Source: Octopus sinensis
Lineage: Eukaryota
DNA length: 64,000 nucleotides
Direction: 5' to 3'
Assembly (NCBI RefSeq): GCF_006345805.1
Contig: NC_043020.1
Span: 30,814,001-30,878,000 of the forward strand
Positions within the stretch are counted from its first letter, which is position 1. Every line of letters begins with the position of its first letter. Below are positions 37,698 to 50,710 of this stretch, piece by piece. Below the pieces are notes generated by a model. The model did no database searches. It saw only the letters and a program-made list of their open reading frames with translations, and was not told where the DNA came from. The translations under genes and the position numbers were made by a program.

Positions 37698-39572
37698 ATG
37701 GATTTGTCTGGTTGTCAGACCGGAGACGAGGAGATTTCGCTTGCCCTGATTGTGGAGATGTTAAGGGGCCAGATGGCGCAGACGGATGCGTTCATGGAAA
37801 GGATGGACGAGAGGCGACAGGGCCTGTGGGCAGATCAGCGAGAGCTTGAGGTTGCGGATGGGTCAGCTTTGGAGGATCGGTGTTGGACCGGGGATAGCGA
37901 CGGTCCTGTGGACAGAGATTGCCCGTCGAACGAAGCATCGAGAGAAGCGGAACCTGGGCTGGTTGCCGAAATTTGTGACGCTGTACCCAAGAAATCTTGT
38001 GATTTGGAATCCGTAGAGGTTAAGGAATCTGAAAGGCCTGTTGAAGGTGTTATGGCTGATGCTGTTGTTCCGTGTCTGGGGCCCTTGGCATCTCGACCCC
38101 TATCTGTCGGAGCTCGGGACGAAGAGCTGGCGAGGTCTGGGGCGAATGTCGCTGAGTCCGAGGTTCCGGCTCTGTGTGTGATGGTCGCGGCAGGTGTTGT
38201 GCCGTGTGCGAGTCCTTTGGTGTCTGGACCCCTGTCTCTTGGGGCCCAGAAGGACTGTATGGTTCCCACTGTGGGGCGGCCACGGGCGTGGATGGACCGT
38301 CGGACGAGCGTGTGTGTTGTGAGGCCTGCGGTACGGAAGCTGGTGAGGAAAAGGACCAGGCCCGTTGACGAGGCGAGACGGCTGCGAACGGTGGTGGGTC
38401 CACCGAGTCCAGGAAGACTGCTTCAGCGTTGGGTGAGCTTTGTGGTTGATGGTTGCTTGGGGCCGGTGGAGCCCGACAGGCAGTGCCTAGTGAAAGCTTG
38501 ATTGAGGGTCAGGTGGACCCTAGTGGAAGCAGAAGCTGGTGGTGCGCTGGCTGGGTCGGCCGATCTTTTGGAAGTGGCACAGGCGATTTGCAGAAGGCAA
38601 ATCGAGGAATCGTGCCAGATGGCGAATCAGTGGTGGGGCCAGCTCTGCCGATACGGCAACGCAGTTGAAGGAGGTGGTGGCCCACGAATGCAGTTGAGGA
38701 AGCGGTCCGCAAGGAGTCGCTGGTGCTTTGTTGGCACTTGGGGGAGCTCTGTATTTGATGGTTGCGTGGGGCCGGTGGAGCCCGATATGCAGTGCGGAGT
38801 AAGAGCTCAATTGAGGGTCGGCTGGACCCTGGTGGAGGCAGAGGCTGACAGAGCGCTGGGTGGGTCGGCCGAGTTATTGAAGGCTGCGCAGGCGATTTGC
38901 AGAGGGCAAATCATGGAACTGCGCCGGACGGTAAACCAGCGGCGGGGTCAGTTCTGCCGGTGCAGTGATGAAGTTAAGGGAGATTGTGGTCCGCTGATGC
39001 AGTTGCGGAAGAAGCAACCGTTGGTGAAGAGCACAGGACGTTGGTCGCGAGGGTTGTTGGATGCTGGTCGCACGGACCGGGCAGAACGTTTCGTCGACCA
39101 AGGCGGTCGTCGCTTGAGGAAGCAGCGAGGCCGGAGGAAGGCCCCAGTACAGCAGCGCAAGAGGAGATATCAGCGACAGGGAGCAGTGAAAGGACAGAAT
39201 GGTCCGTGGTCGTCAGCGATAATTGCGCGGAATGGAGATGGTACAGCAAGGTGCTACGTGGGCTATAGAGCCCTGAGGAAGGTGGCCACTGTGAAGGATT
39301 GGCCGGACCCTTCCTGTGTGAGGGATTTGAGGAACTTCCTTGGACGGTGCGCCTATTGTGGGCGGCTAGTAGGAAGCCTGGCGGCGTTGGCGGAGGTGTT
39401 ACCCAAGCCGCAGAGGGAAGGTGCCAACCTGTGGCTGGTGCTGAAGTGGTGGCCGTGGGAGGTGAGACCCCCAGAGGAGAAACCACCCAAGGGGACCCCC
39501 AGCCCCCGGAGAGCTCGCCCTTGGAGGTGCGAGTTTTGTTATGCTTTGTCGGGTCGACAAAAGCTTAGGTAG
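37698..39572 (+). CDS. LTR-element internal reading frame (one in-frame TGA at 38499-38501); gag-like N-terminus, duplicated domain and short pol remnants
   Basis: ORFs 37668-38501 and 38502-39572 abut in the same frame; first ATG at 37698. The C-terminal PWSSAIIARNGDGTARCYVGYRAL and VKDWPDPSCVRDLRNFLGRCAY resemble the start and end of Gypsy RT with the catalytic core missing. Confidence 0.6.
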
Positions 39573-40719
39573 GGGGTAGTGTTACGGTTGGCTAAGTGCA
39601 TTTCGGGTTTAATTAGTGTAGTGTTTCTGTTGACCCCATAGGAATCATCACCATCATGTCTGGTGAAAATGTGACAGGTTCTTGTTTAATGGGTTTTGGA
39701 AGGACCTTTGCCCTTGTGCCGGTTGAGAAAGGGTCAGTGAAGAAGTGAAGAGGAAGACAGATTAAGGAATCTGAGAGCAGATAGAGATAGAGTATAAGCA
39801 GTAGGGGACGGATGGAGAGGCTAAGAGACAGCAGGTGATATAGATAGAGTAAGGAATCAGATAGCAAATAGAAAGGCTAAGAGACAGCAGGCGATATAGA
39901 TAGGGTATAAGGACCAGGGCAGTTAGAAAGGGTAAGAGCGATATAGACAGAGGGAGATGAGGTGGTGGAAGAGAGGCAGGACAGGGAAGTGTGGTTCTAG
40001 GGGCAGTCGTTGAGCGGTCGTCGAGGAACACAGACGGATCTTGCAGTCGCTGGCCGGTCCTCGAAGAAGACAGACGGACCTTGGATTTAAGGAGCAAGCG
40101 TTGGAATTCTTAGGAGCAAGTTGGATGCGAGAAAGCTTGGCGGCACAGAAGGGAATTAGCAGTATTCAGAGGAATTAGCAGTATTGAGAGGAATGGGACA
40201 CTGGCAGATTCAATTAGGAATTGAGGTATGTGTTGTGCATTGATATGTGTCACGGTGTATTGAGCAGTGAAGAGAACAGTCAAGGACTCTGTCGATGTGG
40301 TCGATAAAGGACATTGTGAAGAAGAAGAGTAAAGGACTTGTTGATTGTGATGTTTAGGAAGAGACTTTAAAGAACTGTTGTCTTGGGACGTGTACTCTTG
40401 AATGTTACATGATGTTGTATTATGCTTTGAGTTGTACTCTTGTGCTGTTGTATTATGTATTGAGTAGTCACGTGCATGCTTTGATGTATCTTGATGTTGT
40501 AACAATTGATTGTCGTATAAACTGTTGTTGAATATAGTGTAGCCAGTGTCTCTGTTGCCTTGCCTCTCTTTGGGTTGTATCTCGGGTTGTGCCTCTGTAT
40601 CTCTGTGCTGTTGAGGTTGTGGCAGTATCTATCTGTATCTCCTCTCTCCGCCTCTTTGGGTTCCGTGGCAGAACTTGTGTGAGCCGTTCGGGACGGGCGA
40701 CGACGGTGATTCCGTAACA

Positions 40720-40748
40720 ATATGTATATAATATATATATACACATAC

Positions 40749-40783
<35 letters not shown>

Positions 40784-40865
40784 CATACATATACACATAC
40801 ATATATTATTATATATATATATATATATATAGGATATATATATATATAACATACATATACCATAC

Positions 40866-40897
<32 letters not shown>

Positions 40898-40916
40898 TAC
40901 ATACATATACACATAC

Positions 40917-40952
<36 letters not shown>

Positions 40953-40960
40953 ATACATAT

Positions 40961-41004
<44 letters not shown>

Positions 41005-41019
41005 TATATACATACATAT

Positions 41020-41058
<39 letters not shown>

Positions 41059-41065
41059 CATACAT

Positions 41066-41104
<39 letters not shown>

Positions 41105-41107
41105 CAT

Positions 41108-41154
<47 letters not shown>

Positions 41155-41277
41155 CATATACATACATATATATATACCATACATACATACATATATATAT
41201 ATATATATTATATATTATATATACATACATATAATACATACATATATATATATATATACATACATATACATACATAT

Positions 41278-41316
<39 letters not shown>

Positions 41317-41349
41317 CATTACATACATTATATAATATAATACATACAT

Positions 41350-41385
<36 letters not shown>

Positions 41386-41394
41386 TACATACAT

Positions 41395-41433
<39 letters not shown>

Positions 41434-41588
41434 TATATATACATATATACATACATATATTATATATTATATATCATACATATACATACTATCTAATATA
41501 TATATATACATACATACCATACATATTATATATATATATATTATATATACATACATATACATACTATATATATATAATATACATACAT

Positions 41589-41626
<38 letters not shown>

Positions 41627-41699
41627 CATACATATACATATATATATATATATATAATATATATATACATACATATACATATATATATATATATATAAT

Positions 41700-41742
<43 letters not shown>

Positions 41743-41922
41743 ATATATTATATATATATATACAACATATACATATATATATATATATATATATACATAC
41801 ATACATAGATATATATATATATATACATACATACATAATATATATATATATACATACATATATATATATATATATAATACATCATATATATATATATTAT
41901 ATATATATACATACATATATAT

Positions 41923-41958
<36 letters not shown>

Positions 41959-42081
41959 CATACATATATATACACATATTACATATATACACATATATAC
42001 ATATACGCATATATATACACACGCAATATATATACACGCATATATATCTAGCACGCATATATATATACATGCATATATACA

Positions 42082-42115
<34 letters not shown>

Positions 42116-42152
42116 GCATATATATATATTATATATATATATATATACATGC

Positions 42153-42196
<44 letters not shown>

Positions 42197-42329
42197 CATA
42201 TATACATACATACTATATACATACATATATACATACATACATATATATACATAGATATATATACATACATATATACATATATATACATAGATATATACAT
42301 ACATATACATATATATACATAGATATATA

Positions 42330-42370
<41 letters not shown>

Positions 42371-42432
42371 ATATCTACATACATATATATACATACATAT
42401 ATACATACATACATATATATATATATACATAC

Positions 42433-42470
<38 letters not shown>
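40720..42470. repeat. ~1.75-kb (TA)n/(TACA)n compound microsatellite
   Basis: Seen directly; frequent single-base irregularities. Confidence 0.97.
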
Positions 42471-42471
42471 C

Positions 42472-43239
42472 AGAAATTCTTTAATCTTTTTTTAAAAATG
42501 CCTCGGTATGAAGATATTTCGTTCGTCCTCCGCCATTACCGTACTGTCCTGTCTTCAATCAAAACTTCCGTCTTTCCAACCCACTTCCGGTGAAATATCA
42601 CCTCGTGCTTCTCTGCTTCTCTTTCATTCACCCTTTCTTGACCACACAGCGATGATCACAGCAAGCAAGCTAAGAATTCTCATTTCATTTCATTTCTTCC
42701 GCTAACCCTTAAATGTTCGAATCTATTCACTAATTCTGCTTGTTCTTAAAATATAACCCTTTAATTTGTCTAACCCCCTCGGTACCAAGTTAAGTCTTTA
42801 TCACTACTGTCCCCAATCAAAATCTTCGCCGCCCGCCATTCGCTAACCTGCGTGATCTTTCCTCCTAGAAATTCTTTAATCTTTTTTTTAAAAATGCCTC
42901 GGTATGAAGATATTTCGTTCGTCCTCCGCCATTACCGTACTGTCCTGTCTTCAATCAAAACTTCCGTCTTTCCAACCCACTTCCGGTGAAATATCACCTC
43001 GTGCTTCTCTGCTTCTCTTTCATTCGCCCTTTCTTGACCACACAGCGATGATCACAGCAAGCAAGCTAAGAATTCTCATTTCATTTAATTTCTTCCGCTA
43101 ACCCTTAAATGTTCGAATCTATTCACTAATTCTGCTTGTTCTTAAAATATAACCCTTTAATTTGTCTAACCCCCTCGGTACCAAGTTAAGTCTTTATCAC
43201 TACTGTCCCCAATCAAAATCTTCGCCACCCGCCATTCGC
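42472..43239. repeat. Near-identical direct duplication, ~396-bp period, of an unidentified CpG-retaining element
   Basis: 42472-42843 repeats at 42867-43239. ORFs 42508 and 42904 differ by one residue. Confidence 0.93.
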
Positions 43240-43939
43240 GGTTCGCCCGCCCTACCCACCCCCACCACCCATACCGGAGAACACTCTGTTTACAACCATC
43301 CTCACCGGATATCCCCTCTACCACCGTCACCACTACGTGTGTCTGTCCTCCTACCCCTCCCACCCTCCCCCTCATATACTTCCTCACTGTGTATTACCCC
43401 CCTGCCTCTCTCCCCCTAGACAGAAGTAGCTAGCGCCGCAGCTCATCAAACGTCCCACTTAACCCGTTATCCTATGTTCCTCCTGTTTTGAAATCTCCTT
43501 CCAGCCCCCTCCCCCACTCGTGATATCCTACGTTTTTACTTCCGACTTTTCATTCTGTCTAGAACCTGCCACCAACCCTACCTGTCATCGTTTCTCTTTA
43601 CCCCAAACCATCCCCACTGGTGCTCCCCTATATTACATGCACCCCCCCCCCCCCACTTTCTCTCCCTCTCTTCTTTCTGCCGCAATGCAACGAAAAAAGG
43701 CAATAACCGATCGTGGCCGATGCCAGACCCCTCTGGCACCTGTGCAGGTGGCACGTAAAAAGCACCCACTACACTCGCGGAGTGGTTGGCGTTAGGAAGG
43801 GCATCCAGCTGTAGAAACACTGCCAGACCAGACTGGAGCCTGGGGCAATCCCTAGCTCCCCAGACCCCGGTCGAAACCGTCCAACCCGTGCTAGCGCGGA
43901 AAACGGACGTTAAACGATGATGATGATGATGATGATGAT

Positions 43940-43962
43940 GATATATATATATATACATACAT

Positions 43963-44015
<53 letters not shown>

Positions 44016-44061
44016 TATACATACATATACATACATATATATACATACATATATGTATATA

Positions 44062-44102
<41 letters not shown>

Positions 44103-44382
44103 ATATATACATACATATACATATATATACACATACATATACATATATACATACATATACATATATACATACATATACATATATACATACATATACATAT
44201 ATACATACATATACATATATACATACATATACATATATACATACATACATACATATATACATACATACATACATATACATACATACATACATATACATAC
44301 ATACATACATATACATATATACATACATATACATATATACATACATATACATATATACATACATATACATATATACATACAT
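43940..44382. repeat. (TA)n/(TACATATACATA)n microsatellite; a further array lies at 45334-45946
   Basis: Seen directly. Confidence 0.97.
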
Positions 44383-45333
44383 ATCTAGTAATCTCAAGAT
44401 TAATCAGCCGAAATTACTACGATGATCCGGTTCTTGACTGAAGACTGAGGGGTTCGAATGTCCTGTCCATGTTTATCGTATCGTCTTCTATGAGTTATAC
44501 GTTCTTGTCCATGTTGTATTTTTCTACATACCTTAACATATATTCCAGGCGCCCCGTACCCCCTTTGTCATTAATGTGAACATATATTCTTAATAATTGG
44601 TACGACTCTCTGTTTGTCTCTCTCTCTCTCTCATTTTTACTTTCTCTCTATTCATCTTCTCTTTCCTCTGATCCTTTGGTCTAGTCTTCCACTACCCTCC
44701 TATTTCTTTGTCTCGCTCTGCACTCACAGGTCATTCTTCGACACCCCATCCCTTCTCCTCTCTGATTCCTCTTTCTTTCTCTCTCTTCTCTCTCTTTGTT
44801 GCGTTTTGTCCCCTTTTTCTCTCTCTCTCTTCCTTTGCTTCTCTTTTTTCTTTTCTTTTCCCTCTTCTCTGTCACGTGACTGTTGGCCGAAATCTGCCTT
44901 TCAGCTCCTGACCCTCGTCGTGTTAACATCGTTGTTCTTCGTCCGCCGCTATAAAGGCTTTTTCCAATGCGCCAGAGAAAAAATTTGTTTGCTTGTTATC
45001 AGTCGTAAGACACTTGTTGTTTTCACCGTTAATGCTTCTGTATTTCATGTTTCTGTATTCCATTATTGTTTTTTTTTTTTTTTATATCTGTCCCTTTTGC
45101 TGTCCTGGTGTTCGTATGCATTCGATCCTTCTTCCAGGAAATCTACGCTTCCAGCTTAGTTTTTCTTGGAGGGCTGGCCGTGATCTAGTAATCTCAAGAT
45201 TAATCAGCCGAAATTACTACGATGATCCGGTTCTTGACTGAAGACTGAGGGGTTCGAATGTCCTGTCCATGTTTATCGTATCGTCTTCTATGAGTTATAC
45301 GTTCTTGTCCATGTTGTATTTTTCTACATACCT
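44383..45333 (+). mobile_element. Non-coding element with identical 151-bp terminal direct repeats (period 800 bp), retrozyme/pLTR-like
   Basis: 44383-44533 equals 45183-45333. No TG..CA ends, PBS or PPT. Flanked on both sides by TA microsatellite. The repeats contain hammerhead core motifs. Confidence 0.8.
44386..44448 (+). ncRNA. Candidate non-circularly permuted hammerhead ribozyme (second copy 45186-45248)
   Basis: TAGTAAT-C-TCAAGA ... TCAG-cc-GAA-ATTACTA ... TCTTGA-CTGAAGA-CTGA. A 7-bp stem III and a 6-bp stem I sit exactly against the cores. Stem II is imperfect. Confidence 0.5.
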
Positions 45334-45412
45334 ATACATACATATACATATATACATACAATACATATACATACATATACATATATACATACATATACAT
45401 ACGTATACATAT

Positions 45413-45453
<41 letters not shown>

Positions 45454-45468
45454 CATACATATATATAT

Positions 45469-45569
<101 letters not shown>

Positions 45570-45709
45570 CATACATATACATACATTATATATAATATAT
45601 ATACATACATATACATACATATATATATATATATATACATATATACATACATATATATATATATATATATACATATACATACATAATATATATATATATA
45701 TATATACAT

Positions 45710-45744
<35 letters not shown>

Positions 45745-45808
45745 ACATATACATACATATATATATATATATATACATACATATACATACATATATATAT
45801 ATATACAT

Positions 45809-45847
<39 letters not shown>

Positions 45848-45850
45848 CAT

Positions 45851-45883
<33 letters not shown>

Positions 45884-45890
45884 CATACAT

Positions 45891-45931
<41 letters not shown>

Positions 45932-46792
45932 TATACATATATATATCCCAAAAAGAAGTTCAAACACAAAAAAAAACACAATAATGTGAGTATGTGATGC
46001 ATGTAAAGTAGAAAGTATTAGCAGATGTTCTTTTTCAGAAAGAGAGCAAAGTCCAATAGAAAGCAAAATGGAGGTAAAAAAAAAATTGCCAACGATTCAC
46101 ATGTTGAAGAGTGTGTGTGTATATATATATATATATATAAATATATATATTTAGAGACCGAGACCTATGGAAGTATGCTGTGTGTGAGAAGACCCGGCAG
46201 GACAAGTGAGACCATAACCCGTGGCCTCTACCTGGGATGTAGCCAGTCCACTTATGCATACCTTTCCTTCTTGGGACACAAAACACTACTTGTGAAGACC
46301 AGTTGAGGCAAGTGAGAATCAGAATCAAAATCGAAATCGATCAACATCAATGGAAATTGTAGCTGGGATACCAGTGCTGTGGCACGTAAGCAAACCATCC
46401 GAATGTGGCCGTTGCCAGCCCCACCCCGACGGGCCTCCGTGCAGGTGGCACATAAAAAGCACCATCCAATCGTGGCCGTTGCCAGCCTTGCCTGGACTCC
46501 GTGCTGGTGACATGTAAAAAGCACCATCCAATCATGGCCGTTTACCAGCCTCGTCTGGCACCTGTGCCGGTGGCACATAAAAAGCACCCATTACACTCAC
46601 GGAGTGCTTGGCGTTAGGAAGGGCATCGAGCCGTAGAAACATTACCAGATCAGACTGGGCCTGGTGCAGCCTTCTGGCCTTCCAGACCCCAGTTGGACCG
46701 TCCAACCCATGCTAGCATGGAAAGCGGACGCTAAATGATGATGATGATGATACGTATACACACATAAATATACATAAATACATGTAAATATA

Positions 46793-47661
46793 CAAGGGGG
46801 TACCCAAAGTAACTGGAAACATTCTGTGAGACAAGCCCATTGTAGTTTGGGCTTCCGCTGCAAGAGGCATCTGATGCAACCCTCAGACATCAGTCTGCCA
46901 ACTGGTGTCATCATGTGAGCTTGTACTGCCATGTGGTGCATCTCTGTTTTGCAGTGCTTCTCCTGTTCATCAATTTTTGTGATGTCTGAAATGAAGGGAC
47001 AGTGTGCTTCCATGAAATTCTGTTTACTGCTGGGGAATATGGCAGCTGAAACAGTTATCATGCTTCAAACATCTTACAAAAGTGCTACCATGAGCAGAGC
47101 AAGTTTACAAGCAGTTTCCATGCTTTAGGAATGGTCACTTGAAGACCAACCTCATTCAGGATAACTGTCAAACTCTTGAATGAATGAAAACACTGATCTT
47201 GGTGAACCCTCACTGAACAATTGATGGACTTGCTGATAGGATTGCTGTGTCCTGCAGCTCCTGCCAACAGTGAGGAATTAGACATGTAAAGAGTTGCAGC
47301 AAAATTTGTGCCTCACTTGCTTACAGAAGATCAAAAGCAGTCACAATAATGGGGGGGGGGGTCATGAACTGAAAGAACAGTTGGAAGTTGACCCAGACTT
47401 TTTTTTAAAGGTCATCACTGGTGATGAAAGCTGGTGTTACAGAAATTGCAGATGTAGAAGAGAAGAAAAAAAATCGATGGAGGCATTAAAATGCATCACT
47501 TCACAAGAGTTCCAGGATTGCTTCGAAACGTGGAAAATGCATCTGGACCAATGCACTGCTTCAAATGGAAAATACTTTGAAGGTGATAAAAGTGTAAACA
47601 TGTAAAACTAAATGAATAAAATACTATTGCAAAATTCCAGTTTCTTTTGGGTACCTCCTTG
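46793..47661 (+). mobile_element. Internally deleted mariner transposon
   Basis: TIRs caagggggtacccaaagtaactggaa / ttccagtttcttttgggtacctccttg. ORF 47294 has DPDFFLKVITGDESWCY joined to the C-terminal QCTASNGKYFE. Confidence 0.92.
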
Positions 47662-49699
47662 CATATATATATGTGTGTGTGAACATATATACATCCACAT
47701 ATATGCACACACATACATACATATATCCATATATGTGTGCGTGTATATAAATTTACACACACAGTTTCCAAACTGTATTTTGTCTTTCTTTGATGAAGTG
47801 CAAGGTGGTGAGAGGACAATAAATAGATTTTATGAACCCTTTGGTATTTAAACCATCAATATTTGGCCCAAATATTCTGTTTTATGTTCAAGCAGGCCAG
47901 GTCCTGCCTTCAACACATGCCTTACATTGTTATTCTAAAAAGAAAGAATCACATCATTGAAATCTCAAAACTATGAGATAAAGCATGATTAATTCAAAAC
48001 AATGTGAATAAATAAGCATTGCATTTGACAAATTAATCTGAATGTTAAAGGATCAATACTGGTATTTGTCAGTTGGGAAATCCCTGACCCCAGACAGTCT
48101 AAATGAATCAATACATGCACTTGAATAACAATGTATATAGAAAAATGGCAGCCACAGCAGATTCTAAGAATTGGGTGTTTTGATTTCATTTGGTCTGCTC
48201 AGTAACACATGGCCCCAGGTTATTCGTTCTGATATGTTAAAATAACTATGGCTATAATATAAACCATCATACATACATACGTGTGTATGTGTGTGTGTGT
48301 ACACACCTATTCATGTATGTGCATGTGTGTGTGACTATTTCTTTGTCTTGATATTGTGTGATAGTTGTGAATGCCACCGTAATGAAAGTGGTGTCTGTCA
48401 TTTCTGGTATTTTGAGAAAAATATTTCCTCTCGTCATGAGGAAATATTACCTTCATTGGAAACAAATGAGGGTTGCCGACAGGATGAGATCCGGCTGTAG
48501 AAACTCTGCCTTAACAAATTCTGTCCAACCTAAGTTAGCTAGGAAATGCAAATGTTCAACTGATGACAATACTCGGATGAACACATACATTTATGTATAT
48601 ATAATAAAGCATAAATGCAAACCTTGTTGGCTGTGTCCACGGGCTTTTCCCGAATTAGAGGGCTGTCGACTCATGCTGCTGGCATACAGCAACTACCTGA
48701 AATGAGAAAACAATACAGTTTTTATAAACGGAATATTAGATAACAATTCAACATTTTATACTTACATCATCAATGATGATGGTTAAAGTAATAGTTGTAA
48801 TTTTAGATTGTTGTTTAGACCAATATAGGATTGGTAGAGCTAGCAGACCGCTGATAATTGGTGTCTACTTTAGACAAAACTAAAATGAACTTAGTAGTGC
48901 CAGGAGAGTTGCATTGGTCTGGTTCTGATGTTTTGAGCATGTGGTTACAAGCTCAAAATTTACAAGTGCAGCCCATAACCTTTAGAACACTATTTTTACC
49001 TCAATCTGCATAGCTGACATAATAGGTTCCACTTCTGCCCCGAGGATGAGGAGCAGCTTAACATCAAGAAATACATCCTACTTGATGAGAAAAGCACCCA
49101 ACTATTTGCCAAGCTAATAAGAGAATCTATGTTGGCTGAATTTCTCTCAAATCATCTTAAAAGAAGGAGTACACTGGATAATGTAATCTAAGATACACTA
49201 ACTCTCATCAGCATCATCATGTTGGGCATGGATCGGGGGTGTCTTCCAAGTTTGAATAATTTTTTGATTGGAAGCCACTGGTGCTCATGTGTTTCATTTA
49301 GCTTAGTTTCTTTTGCTTGGTGACCCGACCAGTGCTGGTGCCATGTCAAAAGCATCCAGTCTACATTGTAAAGTGGTTGGCATTTGGAAGGACATTCAGC
49401 TGTAAAAAAAAAAACCACCATGCCAAAACTGATCTCACCTGTGCTGGTGGCACATAAAAAACACTCAGCCCATTCTGCAGAATGGCTGATATTACGAAGG
49501 GCATCCAACAGTAAAAACCATTCCAAAACAGACAGCAAGATATGGTGCAGTCTTCTGCCTAGCCAGTTCCCATGAAATCATCCAACCCATGCCAGCATGG
49601 GAAGCAGAAATTTTTTATTTTTACTTTCATTGAGTCTTTTTCTTCTTAAAACAAAAAAAAAAAACCATTTTTGCTTTATTTTTTTGCAGAATAATTGAC

Positions 49700-50650
49700 T
49701 ATGAAAAATTTAGAACCCTCCAATTTGTGGACAAGGAATGGAGTCCTCCTTGGAATCCACACTGGAAGGACAAACAAGGAGATTTCAAACTCTCTCAAGG
49801 TTAGCAGAAGGATAGTGGAAAAGGTCTGAAAGGAGCTGGAAGATGCAGGATTTGACTACAAGATGACAGCAGAGAGAAGAAAACACATCAGAGTGCCAGG
49901 ATTCATCGCTGAAATCCAGATCATCAACAATGATCCCAGCAAACTGTGTGGATGAAAAGCTTGTCAGGCTGGTGGTGTTAGAGGATATTCACTACTTGTG
50001 GTGCAGGAAAAGCAATTCAAGCACACCAAGAAGCTGATCCAGTTGAAACACCTGATGGGACCAGACATGCTGTGGTTCTACTGCAATGAGAAGAATTTCT
50101 GCCAAAACCAGAACAACAGGTGGCTCGCCATCTCATTCAAAGACATACCCAGAGTCATGCAGATGAAATTTTTAGCAACAGCCATGACATCATACCACCC
50201 CGTTTCTTCCCTGATTCTCTGAGAGCTTCAGGCTGAACACCAACAACCCTGGGTAGCAGCAGGGAATTCATAGATGTGGCAGCAAGACTCTGCACCCTGC
50301 CACATCAGTCAGAAGGCCCAGGCCTGGTAATTAGAGAGTTTCTTTGATCAAACTGCAACCTCCTCTTCGTGTTGGGCATGGTGGGATGATAGACCAATAA
50401 ATTCAGCTGCAATATGAAGGACAAGCTGAGGGCTAGGATTACCAGGGAGACCTCCAAGGGCCTAAGATGGGAGATAATAACAAAAGCTTGTGGCTGGTTC
50501 TGAGGTCACCTGGGGGCTGTCATTGAAGTGGCTTCAATGACAGCAGAACATGTCATGAAGACAAACTGACTCAAATTTGATGAATAGCTCTTAAAAAATA
50601 ACACTAACTACTTCCTGAGATAATCATTATGTGAACAAATACCATCGGCA

Positions 50651-50657
<7 letters not shown>
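49700..50657 (+). mobile_element. Decayed Tc1/mariner-superfamily transposon (DD37D/maT-like)
   Basis: WFYCNEKNF (from FSDEKNF), NNRWLA and QQDSAPCH motifs; ends at a TA array. Confidence 0.65.

Positions 50658-50710
<53 letters not shown>

Larger units (their letters stand above)
36678..40719 (+). mobile_element. Young non-autonomous Gypsy-derived LTR retrotransposon inserted in a (TA)n array
   Basis: 3' LTR 39580-40719 has TGTTACGG...CCGTAACA termini. The 5' LTR 36678-37639 is nearly identical but lacks the first ~180 bp. PBS at 37642, PPT aggtagggggtag at 39567-39579. Confidence 0.95.

Noticed and set aside
44430-44470. Conventional type I hammerhead using CTGAAGA...GAAT downstream
   Set aside because: No stem II, stem III or downstream stem I partner can be formed in the normal order; only the permuted pairing fits.
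48630-49150. Possible coding remnant
   Set aside because: No motif could be recognised with confidence on either strand.
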